DNA from: an uncultured bacterium | Lineage (GTDB): Bacteria > Bacillota_I > Bacilli_A > RF39 > UBA660 | Reading direction: 5' to 3' | Assembly: GCA_947646655.1 (NCBI GenBank) | Contig: CANSHI010000001.1 | Span: 125,570 to 189,569, forward strand | DNA: 64,000 nt | Part shown: positions 20,344-29,784 of the stretch, in pieces | How positions within the stretch are numbered: position 1 is the first letter of the stretch | Layout of the letters: every line of letters begins with the position of its first letter | Notes under the pieces: generated by a model | Databases searched by the model: none | What the model saw: the letters and a program-made list of their open reading frames with translations, nothing else | Told to the model about the DNA's origin: nothing | Program-made: the position numbers and the translations under genes

Positions 20344-20461
20344 GACTGTTTTGTTAAACGTAGAAATTCACAATTTGCTCTTTCAGTCAAGGCCAGAGTA
20401 GCTGTTCCATTTTAGCCTTGATGGAAAGAGCCAAATTGTGATAAACTGACAAACAAAACAG
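20344..20461. repeat. Long imperfect inverted repeat (about 118 bp) downstream of the 858-aa gene
   Basis: The outer arms ctgttttgtt and aacaaaacag pair. The inner arms cacaatttgctctttcagtcaaggcc and agccttgatggaaagagccaaattgtg pair. A roughly 20-nt loop sits between them. Confidence 0.6.
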
Positions 20462-20663
20462 AAGTTTAAATATATTTACGGATTCTCTCTTTAAAATCTG
20501 GATGAGCATCTAGTTGGTTTCTAACCATTGCCCAGTTTTGAATAGATGAATTATTCCATTTATTAATAGTCTCTTTAATGATTCTATTTATAAAGAAATA
20601 GCACTCAATCTAGCATAGATTAAGTGCTTGACCATTTACAGGTAAGTACTTAACTCGCCAAAG

Positions 20664-20715
20664 TTAAGTATTCCCTTTTTTATTTTATGCAAGTTCCCTT
20701 GACATATTCATAATA
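20664..20715 (+). repeat. Copy 1 of a roughly 50-bp conserved intergenic motif (cc(c)tttttt-attttatgcaagtt(c)ccTTGACAtattcataata) immediately 3' of a hairpin
   Basis: Near-identical to 39537-39586. Both follow stem-loop plus T-run structures on the plus strand. Confidence 0.55.
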
Positions 20716-20717
20716 TC

Positions 20718-20748
20718 ATAAAAACGACTTGTAAAAAAGTCGTTTTGT
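20718..20748. terminator. Perfect hairpin plus flanking T/A runs; likely terminator of the minus-strand tRNA cluster (bidirectional)
   Basis: aaaaacgactt-gtaaaa-aagtcgtttt-gttatttt. Confidence 0.55.
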
Positions 20749-20782
20749 TATTTTAACCCGAAGTTCGAGTAACAATCAAATT

Positions 20783-20866
20783 TGGTGCGAGTAACAGGAC
20801 TTGAACCTGCACGGTATAACCACTAGATCCTAAGTCTAGCGCGTCTGCCAGTTCCGCCATACTCGC
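20783..20866 (-). tRNA. tRNA-Leu (anticodon TAG), type II
   Basis: The minus strand reads GCGAGTATGGCGGAACTGGCAGACGCGCTAGACTTAGGATCTAG…GGTTCAAGTCC…TACTCGCACCA. The anticodon loop is CU-UAG-GA, with a long variable arm. Confidence 0.85.
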
Positions 20867-20874
20867 ATTAAAAA

Positions 20875-20951
20875 TGGTGGATCTTGTAGGACTCGAACCT
20901 ACGACCGCCCGGTTATGAGCCGGATGCTCTAACCAACTGAGCTAAAGATCC
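20875..20951 (-). tRNA. tRNA with CAT anticodon (Met elongator or Ile2/lysidine type)
   Basis: The minus strand reads GGATCTTTAGCTCAGTTGGTTAGAGCATCCGGCTCATAACCGG…GGTTCGAGTCCTACAAGATCCACCA. Confidence 0.85.
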
Positions 20952-21049
20952 ATGACTACTTAATAATATCATCATATATCTTCAAAGTCAAGTTTTTTCT
21001 CTAGTTTAAAATGCTTTAAAAGGACATAAAATGCACTTATATACAGGCT

Positions 21050-21715
21050 TTAAGAAATGATATCGTTTATGACATAGCTTGCTATAAGTATACCTGCACT
21101 TGCTGGAACGAATAAGCTACTACCTAAATTATTAGGTGTTTTAATAGGGCTTTCTGTACTAGAAAGAACGATGAGTTTATTTATTTTTTCACCACGAAGG
21201 AGGTTACGCATTTTTTTAGCTAAAGGATCATATGAAGTTTTATCTAAAGTAGTCATTTTAAGAAGTTCGGGATGTAGTTTTCTTGCTGTTCCCGTGGAAA
21301 CTATAGTCTTAATGTTAAATTTAAGAGTATATAAAGCAAGTGCAATTTTAACATCCATATCATCTAAACAATCGATGACATAGTCATAACTATTTAGATT
21401 ATCTTCTATATTATTACTTGTAAGTCGATCAGAAATCGCTTCAATATTCAAATCGGGATTGATATCTAGTAGTCGATTCTTTAAAACTTCGACTTTTTTT
21501 TGTCCAAGTGTCGAATGCAGAGCTATAATCTGTCTATTCAAATTAGTCTCTTCTATAGTATCAAAATCGACGATCGTTAAGTTGTGTATTCCACTTCTTA
21601 CTAAGGATTCACACACGTAACCTCCAACTCCCCCTACTCCTAATACAATTATTTTCTTACTTTTTATTATATCAAGCTTTTCTTTTCCTATTAGAGAAAT
21701 CAATCTATCGAACAT
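21050..21715 (-). CDS. tcdA: ThiF/MoeB-family protein, TcdA-like tRNA threonylcarbamoyladenosine dehydratase
   Basis: VLGVGGVGGYVCESLVRSGIHNLTIVDFDTIEETNLNRQ is a Rossmann-fold ThiF-family N-terminus. Confidence 0.7.
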   Translation of the reverse strand: MFDRLISLIGKEKLDIIKSKKIIVLGVGGVGGYVCESLVRSGIHNLTIVDFDTIEETNLNRQIIALHSTLGQKKVEVLKNRLLDINPDLNIEAISDRLTSNNIEDNLNSYDYVIDCLDDMDVKIALALYTLKFNIKTIVSTGTARKLHPELLKMTTLDKTSYDPLAKKMRNLLRGEKINKLIVLSSTESPIKTPNNLGSSLFVPASAGILIASYVINDIIS

Positions 21716-21974
21716 ACAATCACTTCCATATAAAAATGTTCGAAAGGCATAGTGATAAAGCCCGCGCTCACGCCAGGTGGGTCATCACATGATATGTTTT
21801 AGGAGCCAAGGACGATGTCCAAGTATTCAACACCACATATCAATTAGATCCCCAATAATCACATTAGTCGGTTTTATATTTAACCTCTCGAACAATATAA
21901 GTATATCACACTATTTCAAAAATGTATATCATAAAATATATATGTTTACTCTATAATTTATTAGGTGATTAATT

Positions 21975-22334
21975 ATGCAAAAATTAAAAAGTTTTATAAA
22001 GCCTACTATTTTTTTACTAATAACATTTATACTGTATTTAGCCATTTTAGTAATATTTCATTATACAGGTTTATTAAAATTGCAGTCTGTTGCTAAAGTA
22101 AACTTTATAGTAGTATCATTAGTGACTTTCGTAGTGGGAATCGGTAAAGGTAAAAAAACTTCCAAAAAAGGATATTTGGAAGGCTTAAAGCTAGGTTTAA
22201 TCGTAGTTGGAATATTATTTTTACTCAATACAATTTTTTATAGATCGTTCAGTTTATATTTACTGCTTTACTACTTAGTTATATTAGCAAGTTCTACTAT
22301 TGGTAGTATGATTGGAATCAACTTAAAACGTTAG
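21975..22334 (+). CDS. Small integral membrane protein
   Basis: Three to four predicted TM helices. No motifs. Confidence 0.5.
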   Translation: MQKLKSFIKPTIFLLITFILYLAILVIFHYTGLLKLQSVAKVNFIVVSLVTFVVGIGKGKKTSKKGYLEGLKLGLIVVGILFLLNTIFYRSFSLYLLLYYLVILASSTIGSMIGINLKR

Positions 22335-22936
22335 TAGCAGATGTCTTCTGTATAAACATAATTAAAAGTTGAGAAAATGACATCGTTATTATTTTCACAC
22401 ACAATTATCGAATAAGAGTCTTTTAGACCACTATTACCACCATTGTAGTAGATTTTATACCCCTCTGTTTGATCATTGGGAATGGATAATTTTAAAATAT
22501 TTTCTAAGCTTAATTTGTTTTGAGTTAATGCTTCTTCGAGAGAATATTTTTTTATTTCCCCATTAAGTTCTACGTCTATTTTACCAATATTATAGGTGTA
22601 ATAATTTTTATTTTCATGAGTAAAGATCTTTGTTTTAGGGGATTCACGAGTTTCTACTGTAAGTAAAAATTCTGATGATTTATCCTCTTTTTTATAATAT
22701 GAATAGATATTTAATGTCAATAAAATGATCCCTAAAATCATAAAGAAAAACATTACAAAACTTACCGCTTTTAGCTTGTGTTTAAGCGCTACTACTGCGA
22801 CACTTAAGTTTAATATTATGACTAATCCGAGTGCTATACAGATTCCCATAAATTCATTTATAAGCCCTGTTACAGATGTTATCATAACGAGTATTACTAG
22901 TATAGCAAGTACTATGATAGGAGTATATTTTTTCAT
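22331..22936 (-). CDS. Membrane protein, hypothetical
   Basis: N-terminal TM helices. Its stop overlaps the stop of 21975-22334 (convergent). Confidence 0.5.
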   Translation of the reverse strand: MKKYTPIIVLAILVILVMITSVTGLINEFMGICIALGLVIILNLSVAVVALKHKLKAVSFVMFFFMILGIILLTLNIYSYYKKEDKSSEFLLTVETRESPKTKIFTHENKNYYTYNIGKIDVELNGEIKKYSLEEALTQNKLSLENILKLSIPNDQTEGYKIYYNGGNSGLKDSYSIIVCENNNDVIFSTFNYVYTEDICY

Positions 22937-22939
22937 AAT

Positions 22940-23707
22940 TTAAGCCTTTCTAATTAATAAGTCTAAAACTTCTAGGATTGGATTTTGTAACAAGTATGTG
23001 ACAAGGAGACCGATTGTTAAAAATGGCCCGAATGCTACTTCATTAGTCTTTCTTGTTAGAGAAATATATAATGCGTAAGGTAATGCACTCATCGACCCTA
23101 TTACTAATGATATTAAAAACAGATTGTAAGGCAGAACTGATCCCATTAAGAATGCTAGTTTGATGTCTCCACCGCCGAGTGAATCTCTTTTAAAAATGGC
23201 ATCACCTATTATTTTTATGACGAACATAAATACGAAAGCAAATACACCATATAAGAAGCTTTTGTAAATTCCTTTCCATACACCTAAGTCTAAGAATATC
23301 GTTAAATATATAAGCATAATTCCTACAATAATCGTGCTGTCTAGGATGATCATGTCTTTAAAGTCAGAAAGAAATACTGATATAAGCAAAAGTACTAAAA
23401 CGAAGCCTAAAAGAGTTTTGTATGAAAATCCGAATACTAAATATACTAGTATAAAAAGTAATGCAGTAAGTAATTCTGTGGCGATAGAATCTAAACCAAT
23501 AGGATGATTGCATTTACGGCATTTTCCACCTTGAATTATATAAGAAACTAAGGGAATATTTTCGTACCATTTCAGGCGGTGATTACAATTTGTGCAGTGG
23601 CTTCCCGGTTTTATAATCGATTCCCCTTTTAAGAGTCTTGTAACATAAGCATGCATGAAAGATCCAAAAACTGCCCCGATTATGAATATATATATGTAAA
23701 TAATCAT
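22940..23707 (-). CDS. pilD: Type IV prepilin leader peptidase (A24 family)
   Basis: N-terminal CTNC…CRKC zinc motif, polytopic membrane protein, GGGDIKLAF catalytic-region motif. Confidence 0.8.
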   Translation of the reverse strand: MIIYIYIFIIGAVFGSFMHAYVTRLLKGESIIKPGSHCTNCNHRLKWYENIPLVSYIIQGGKCRKCNHPIGLDSIATELLTALLFILVYLVFGFSYKTLLGFVLVLLLISVFLSDFKDMIILDSTIIVGIMLIYLTIFLDLGVWKGIYKSFLYGVFAFVFMFVIKIIGDAIFKRDSLGGGDIKLAFLMGSVLPYNLFLISLVIGSMSALPYALYISLTRKTNEVAFGPFLTIGLLVTYLLQNPILEVLDLLIRKA

Positions 23708-23716
23708 GGTGTACTC

Positions 23717-25369
23717 CTAAGCTATTTCGTTATATAACTCGAACATCGGCAAGATAACTGCTATTAAAACGCCACCAACTACAACTGCTAGGAAAATGAT
23801 CAGCATCGGTTCGATCATTGCTTTTAGGGCATTTACGATAGTTCTGTGTTGTTCTTGATAGTAATCACTTACTTTTTTCATCATTTCAGCGAGTTGTCCA
23901 GTGTTTTCTCCTGTTACAACCATGTAATATGCGATGTCAGGAATTGCCCAGTGATCTTTAAATGAGTCACTAATCTTGTCTCCTCTAGAAATGTTTGTCA
24001 TAGTATCTAACATTATTTCTTTATAAATTTCGTTGTTAGTAATTCTCGATAGGATGTCCATACTTTCAGTTATAAAAACGTCGTTTCGCAATAAAGATGC
24101 AAATGTTTTTGTAAATATAGTCAATTCATTATATATCAATATTTTTCCGAATACAGGTAGTTTCATTAAAAGGACTTGGGCTTCTCTTCTAAAAGGTTTA
24201 ACTTTTTTATATGCGAACATTATAACTGCTATAACGCTTGCAGCAAGTATTAAAATCATAGTGATATTAGATTTCAAAAATGAACTTGCCGATATAACGA
24301 AAGTTGTTAATGGGTTAAGTTGTGCTCCTGCTGATGAGTAAATTCCAACGAACTGTGGAACTATTTTTACCATTATAAATATTATAATGACGATTGAAAA
24401 GCATCCTACAAGGGCTGGATATGAAATGGCACTTATCATCTGTTTATGTGTTGAATTTAATTCTTCATAATAATGTGTAAGATCATCTAGGGTTTCATCT
24501 AAATTTCCAGCTGCTTCGGCAGCACGTATCATGTTTATGACTAACGGTGGGAAGGCTCCTGTTTGGTGATCGAGTGCACTACTAAATGATTCACCCATCG
24601 TCAAATAGTAAACTATGGATTGTGTTATGCGATGCTGATTCTTATTTTTTTTCAACTGTTTACTAAGGATTCTCATAGCTTCCGTAAGTGTGATTCCCGC
24701 TTTTATGTAAGTAGCTAATTGTGTGATAAAGAAAATTAAGTCTTTAGTACTCAGTCTTCGATATAAAGTAACAGATTGGCCATATAGAAAGTTGATCATA
24801 CTAGATGTTTCTAAGGAAAAAACTGTATACCCCTCTCCTGTTAAGAACGTATATATATCTAGTTTTGATACGCCAATAAATGTTCCATTTTCTACTTTGC
24901 CTTCTGGGCTCATAGCTTTATAACGAAATGTCTGTGGTTTGTCGAAACGTTTTTCTTGACCATCAGTCATCATTTTTAATAATGCATTTCGTTCTTGATC
25001 TAGTTTTTCTTTTTTACGTGCATTTATCTTTTTTTGTTCTTTTTTATCAACTTTTTTAACGTTTTGTTGATTGTTTTGCATTTGCGTATAAATGTCTTTT
25101 TTATCTTTATCATTGTTTGGTGGAATGGGTGCTGGACTAGGACTTGGTGATGGACTAATTGTCGGTATTTCATTATTATTAGCAAAAGCCATAATGTTAG
25201 CCTTGTTGTTAAAATAGTTTAAACTTTCAGGAAATTTTTGACAAGCAATTCCAGCATAAGAAAGACTTGTATTATTTGTAAAACCGTTAAATATAGCCGA
25301 TAAATTTTCTTTTATCTTATTTAAAAATGGAATTTTAAAAGTTTTTTTTGTAGTCACTTTATCCTTCAC
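23717..25369 (-). CDS. GspF/PilC-family platform protein with about 150-aa N-terminal extension containing a PSPSPSPAPIPP linker
   Basis: The C-terminal 400 aa match the duplicated T2SS-F domain architecture (…QLATYIKAGITLTEAMRILSKQ…, TM helices). Confidence 0.65.
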   Translation of the reverse strand: MKDKVTTKKTFKIPFLNKIKENLSAIFNGFTNNTSLSYAGIACQKFPESLNYFNNKANIMAFANNNEIPTISPSPSPSPAPIPPNNDKDKKDIYTQMQNNQQNVKKVDKKEQKKINARKKEKLDQERNALLKMMTDGQEKRFDKPQTFRYKAMSPEGKVENGTFIGVSKLDIYTFLTGEGYTVFSLETSSMINFLYGQSVTLYRRLSTKDLIFFITQLATYIKAGITLTEAMRILSKQLKKNKNQHRITQSIVYYLTMGESFSSALDHQTGAFPPLVINMIRAAEAAGNLDETLDDLTHYYEELNSTHKQMISAISYPALVGCFSIVIIIFIMVKIVPQFVGIYSSAGAQLNPLTTFVISASSFLKSNITMILILAASVIAVIMFAYKKVKPFRREAQVLLMKLPVFGKILIYNELTIFTKTFASLLRNDVFITESMDILSRITNNEIYKEIMLDTMTNISRGDKISDSFKDHWAIPDIAYYMVVTGENTGQLAEMMKKVSDYYQEQHRTIVNALKAMIEPMLIIFLAVVVGGVLIAVILPMFELYNEIA

Positions 25370-25558
25370 TCCTTATTATTCGTTTTTATTATATCATATT
25401 TCTATTATTAGTAAAAGAAAAAACTACAAATTTGACTTCGTAGTGAATAATATATTAAAGTAAGTGCTTAGATCTATTATAATTAAACAATTCAATAATT
25501 AAATAAAAATTTACTCCTATTTTTTTAACTGCTTATATGTTATAATACATTTGTAAAT

Positions 25559-25635
25559 GTCTTCGTAGCTCAGCTGGATAGAGCACCGCCCTCCTAAGGC
25601 GGGTGTCGGAAGTTCAAATCTTCTCGAGGACACCA
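25559..25635 (+). tRNA. tRNA-Arg (anticodon CCT)
   Basis: GTCTTCGTAGCTCAGCTGGATAGAGCACCGCCCTCCTAAGGCGG…GGAAGTTCAAATCTTCTCGAGGACACCA. Anticodon loop CU-CCU-AA. Confidence 0.8.
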
Positions 25636-25685
25636 TAAGATATATATAGTTTAAACTATTATTTAATAAAGAAAGGAGAGATATT

Positions 25686-26366
25686 ATGCATTATAATTAT
25701 GTAATAGATGCTAGTACAAATGATGCATTCTTAAATAGTTTTGCAATATTCATCGTCATATTTGCAATTATAGTAGTCGCAATATCTATAATAAGTTTAA
25801 TTTTTACAGCAATAGGAAAATGGAAAGTTTTAGAGAAAGCTGGTAAACCAGGATGGCCTGCGCTTATTCCTTACTACAATACTTTTCAGTTATGTGAAAT
25901 CACTGGAATAAGACCAATATGGATAATCGCCAATTTATTATTCACAGTTGGCGGATCTATTACAACAGGTATATTAAGTGCTATTCCATTTTTAGGACTG
26001 ATTGCTACCGTTATAAGCACAGCATCTTTTGCAGTATCCGTTTATTTTGCTGTAATTTTAAACATAAGCTTAGCAAAAAGTTTTGGTAAAGAAGCTACAT
26101 TTGCTATAGGATTAATTTTGCTTCCACCTGTATTTTATATGATATTAGGGTTAGATTCCAGTAAATATAAAGGAACAAACCCTATGAAAGATAGCGTATA
26201 TGACTTTGTAAGTAGTAAGATTGATCTTAGTTGCTTTGGATCACTAACAAAAAGTTCAGCTGACTCTAAAGAAGCAAAAGGAGAGTTTATTAAAAAATGC
26301 CCTCTTTGTGGTAATAAAAATATAGAAAAGTCAAAATTTTGTTCAGTTTGTGGTAATAAACTTTAG
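25686..26366 (+). CDS. Membrane protein with C-terminal zinc-ribbon (CPLCGN…CSVCGN)
   Basis: Multiple TM helices; C-terminal CxxC-x15-CxxC. Confidence 0.6.
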   Translation: MHYNYVIDASTNDAFLNSFAIFIVIFAIIVVAISIISLIFTAIGKWKVLEKAGKPGWPALIPYYNTFQLCEITGIRPIWIIANLLFTVGGSITTGILSAIPFLGLIATVISTASFAVSVYFAVILNISLAKSFGKEATFAIGLILLPPVFYMILGLDSSKYKGTNPMKDSVYDFVSSKIDLSCFGSLTKSSADSKEAKGEFIKKCPLCGNKNIEKSKFCSVCGNKL

Positions 26367-26617
26367 TTTACTAAAAATATTTTAAGTTCTATAAATGAAC
26401 TTTTTTTATTCAACTTGTATATCAAACAGATTGAAGTCAATAATCTTTTATTTTATACTTGTTAAAAAATAAAATCTCTCAGTCCTTTACTAACAGGATT
26501 ATGAGAGATTTTTTAAATTTATTTTCTTAATTTGTATATAATTAAATTTTATTACTATTAAGCAATTTGCTAAGCTGAAAGCAATACTTATTTCATTTGT
26601 ATTTCCATATTAGTTTA

Positions 26618-27139
26618 TTATTTGAATATTGAATACATGATGAAAATAAAGTAAGATCCCGCTAGTAAAGAAAAGCTATAATTAAATTTTGTAGCAAATT
26701 CTTTTGCACTAAACATTTTATCTACTGCACTTACGACAAATGATTCCTTGTGTTTTGGCATGTGTTTTGATGTAGGCCACATGTGAGATAGGATTATGTC
26801 TTTTTCTAAATCTGTTAAAGAAAATCTTTTCTCGGCATTTTTCACAGCATCTTCAGGATGTTCATTAGAGAACAATTTGATTTTATCTGTAATGGTAGTA
26901 CATTCTTCTATTCTATTGAAATAAAAGTCATGTAATAACCCTGCTTTAGCAGCACTTTTATAGTTAAGATTATACTTTTTACATATTCGATATGATTCAT
27001 AAGATACCTTTAGAGAATGATCTAAACGATTAGAATCATGATGTGGTATATTTTTAAGAGCTTGAACTAATTCATCGCTCAAGTATTCCTCTATTAAATT
27101 CGTATATTCGGTATCACTAAATATAGTATTTTTAGTCAT
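26618..27139 (-). CDS. HD-domain phosphohydrolase family protein
   Basis: H…HSLKV…LLHDF (H-HD motif arrangement). Confidence 0.5.
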   Translation of the reverse strand: MTKNTIFSDTEYTNLIEEYLSDELVQALKNIPHHDSNRLDHSLKVSYESYRICKKYNLNYKSAAKAGLLHDFYFNRIEECTTITDKIKLFSNEHPEDAVKNAEKRFSLTDLEKDIILSHMWPTSKHMPKHKESFVVSAVDKMFSAKEFATKFNYSFSLLAGSYFIFIMYSIFK

Positions 27140-27274
27140 TCTAGTTTCACCCCAAACAAAAATACAGACTCATTATAGCATATTTTTGGCATTTTTGCAA
27201 AATTGTGACAACAACATTACGAAATAGACACTAATTTTACATTTGTTAACATATAATATTTTAGGTGATAATAC

Positions 27275-27550
27275 ATGAATTTTGGCTTAAACCCCTTTAC
27301 AGTCTCAAGTGGACTATCTTTTACTAGAATACTCGGCAGTATATCTAAGACAATAGGAATTGTACGAGGTATTGCACCAATTTATAAAGATATAAAACCG
27401 TTAATCCAAAAAGCACCTATATTGTTAGAGAGATTAAGGACTGTTAGAAATGGTGTTTCAAGTATTAAATCATCCTCTTCTAATTATATGCAACAGATAG
27501 AAAAGGTTGACGAAAAAACGCCCAATTCGGGACCAAACTTCTTTCAATAA
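27275..27550 (+). CDS. Hypothetical small protein
   Basis: ORF only. Confidence 0.35.
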   Translation: MNFGLNPFTVSSGLSFTRILGSISKTIGIVRGIAPIYKDIKPLIQKAPILLERLRTVRNGVSSIKSSSSNYMQQIEKVDEKTPNSGPNFFQ

Positions 27551-27705
27551 CCGAAAATCCTTTTAAAATGTTTTTTTAATTACGACTTGCTCAAAGAATT
27601 GGTAATTTTTGTTATATTTTTAGTGTTTAAACGAAGTATATTTCATTTGTGATCACAAGTAGTAATTAGTTGTTTAAAAGTAAAGAAGGAAGGGATTAAA
27701 GAATT

Positions 27706-27918
27706 ATGGAAAGTACAATTAAGTGGTTCAATAACGAAAAAGGATACGGATTTATAGAAAATGGTGATGCAGAAGATATTTTTGTACACTATTCTGAAAT
27801 AAATATGGAAGGTTACAGAACACTAAAAGAAGGAGAAAAAGTTAAATTCGATTTAGTTAAAACTCCTAAAGGGCTTCAAGCACATAATGTAACTGAAATC
27901 AGTTCAGTGAGTTGTTAA
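27706..27918 (+). CDS. csp: Cold-shock protein, CspA family
   Basis: IKWFNNEKGYGFI…DIFVHYSEI contains the RNP1/RNP2 cold-shock domain motifs. Strong SD. Confidence 0.9.
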   Translation: MESTIKWFNNEKGYGFIENGDAEDIFVHYSEINMEGYRTLKEGEKVKFDLVKTPKGLQAHNVTEISSVSC

Positions 27919-27946
27919 ACAAAAAATTTCCCCCTAAGGGGATTTT

Positions 27947-29701
27947 TTAATTGTCACTTTCAGCATTATAAAGTTTTTGGTATACTTCGTTGGTTTTTAA
28001 TAATTCTTTATGTGTGCCAGATCCAGCAAGTGTACCTTTATCGATAATGTTTATGACATCGGCATCGATAATAGTGGACAATCTATGTGCTACAATAATG
28101 ACAGTATGATCTTTTACTAAGTAATCGATCGTTTTTTTAATATATTCCTGTGATTCATTATCGAGCGCACTTGTCGCTTCGTCAAATAATATTATTTTAG
28201 TATTTAATAGTAGTGTTCTCGCTATGGCAAGTCGCTGTTTTTGTCCGCCAGATAAGTTAATTCCCCCTTCTCCAATTACTGTATCGTATTTGTTTGGAAG
28301 GCTCATTACATAATCGTCGATATATGCTTTTTTACAAACTTCGCGTATTTCTTCCAGTGTAATATCGTCTTTAACTAACTTGAAATTATCGATGATAGAC
28401 ATGTTAAATAGAAAAGGAGTCTGTCTAATTATTGAGATCGTATCTCTCAGATTTTTTTCACTCAAATCGCGAATATCGATACCATCGATTAGCAATTGAC
28501 CTTCTGATACATCAAAATATCTCAATAATAAGTTGAATATAGTTGATTTACCATTACCGCTTCTCCCTACTATGGCTATTTTTTCGTGCGGTTTTATAGT
28601 TAAATTCAAGTTATTTAGTGTTGTATCTTCGTCTTCTGCATAGCGGAATGTTACGTTTTTAAATTGGACATGACCTTTTGGATTATCTAAAGTTGTATTA
28701 CCAAAATGTTCACTTTCATACAGTCTGTTGTTTATTATTTCGTCTATTCTATGTAGTGATACGACTACTTTATTATAGTTGACACCGAAGTCACTTAAAG
28801 ATTCTACAACGTCATCGATTCTCCAAATATATGCTTCGATCATTATAAAGAGACTGTAAGAAAGTTTTCCTTTTATGAATAATATTCCACATGTAAGTAT
28901 AATTACAAATTGAAGTAAAAAATATAATAGATTGTTTAAACTATAATAAATCGTTTCATTTTTTTTGATTTTCATGTTATGTTTATAAAGTTTATCCAAT
29001 ACTTTTGTAATACCTTTTTCAATATTTTCTTTGATACCTAATGATTTAATTTCTCGTATTCCAGTTATATTTTCGGTTGCCATTTTTACATATTTATCAG
29101 ATTCTTTTTTAATTTTTTCTTGTTCTTTTTTAATTTTTGGAAAAAATTTATATGATATAAAGCCCATTAAAAGCGCAAAAATAAATATTTCTAGGCCCAG
29201 TATCCATGATGTAAAGAGGCAGACAAAAAATATGCCAAATACTACTATCATTCTACAAATCATTACTATGAGTTTTGAGAGTAAATCGATAACGCGATCA
29301 GGATCTGTCGATAGACGATTTATAAACTCCCCGACTCCAATATCTTCAAAAGCTTTAGCAGGTAAGGAATCTATTTTTTTATATAGATCGATACTTACAT
29401 TTTTCATAAATTTTATTTCTAAATGATTGTATAGAAAGTTTTTAGGTATCATCATGACTGTGTAAAATAATATAAAACAGGCAGTGTATATAATGATGAA
29501 AATGATGAAGAGTTTTAAATTATTTTGAGTCAATGCTTCTAATGCTAACCCCCAAAAGTACGCGGTGAAAACAGAAGGCAAAATCGTTAAAATGGTTAAT
29601 AAAATATAAAAAACCAATTTTAACTTTTCATCTTTAAGATAATGCCAAATAATTTTAAAATTTTTAGGGCTTTTTGATATATTTTTTGTTTCTTCTTCCA
29701 T
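27947..29701 (-). CDS. ABC exporter, fused TMD-NBD (type I exporter)
   Basis: Six N-terminal TM helices; GRSGNGKST, LSGGQKQRLAIARTL, ILFDEATSALD. Confidence 0.85.
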   Translation of the reverse strand: MEEETKNISKSPKNFKIIWHYLKDEKLKLVFYILLTILTILPSVFTAYFWGLALEALTQNNLKLFIIFIIIYTACFILFYTVMMIPKNFLYNHLEIKFMKNVSIDLYKKIDSLPAKAFEDIGVGEFINRLSTDPDRVIDLLSKLIVMICRMIVVFGIFFVCLFTSWILGLEIFIFALLMGFISYKFFPKIKKEQEKIKKESDKYVKMATENITGIREIKSLGIKENIEKGITKVLDKLYKHNMKIKKNETIYYSLNNLLYFLLQFVIILTCGILFIKGKLSYSLFIMIEAYIWRIDDVVESLSDFGVNYNKVVVSLHRIDEIINNRLYESEHFGNTTLDNPKGHVQFKNVTFRYAEDEDTTLNNLNLTIKPHEKIAIVGRSGNGKSTIFNLLLRYFDVSEGQLLIDGIDIRDLSEKNLRDTISIIRQTPFLFNMSIIDNFKLVKDDITLEEIREVCKKAYIDDYVMSLPNKYDTVIGEGGINLSGGQKQRLAIARTLLLNTKIILFDEATSALDNESQEYIKKTIDYLVKDHTVIIVAHRLSTIIDADVINIIDKGTLAGSGTHKELLKTNEVYQKLYNAESDN

Positions 29702-29784
29702 ATTTATTACCTCCTTTGGTATAAAGACTTTTTACATTCTATCATAGGCAAAAGAAAAAGGCAACTAAATTTTGCCTTTAATCA

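Noticed and set aside
20664-20715. The repeated TTGACA-containing 50-bp motif as a bona fide promoter
   Set aside because: I could not find a properly spaced -10 element or a downstream gene in the same orientation at either copy. It is kept only as a repeat.
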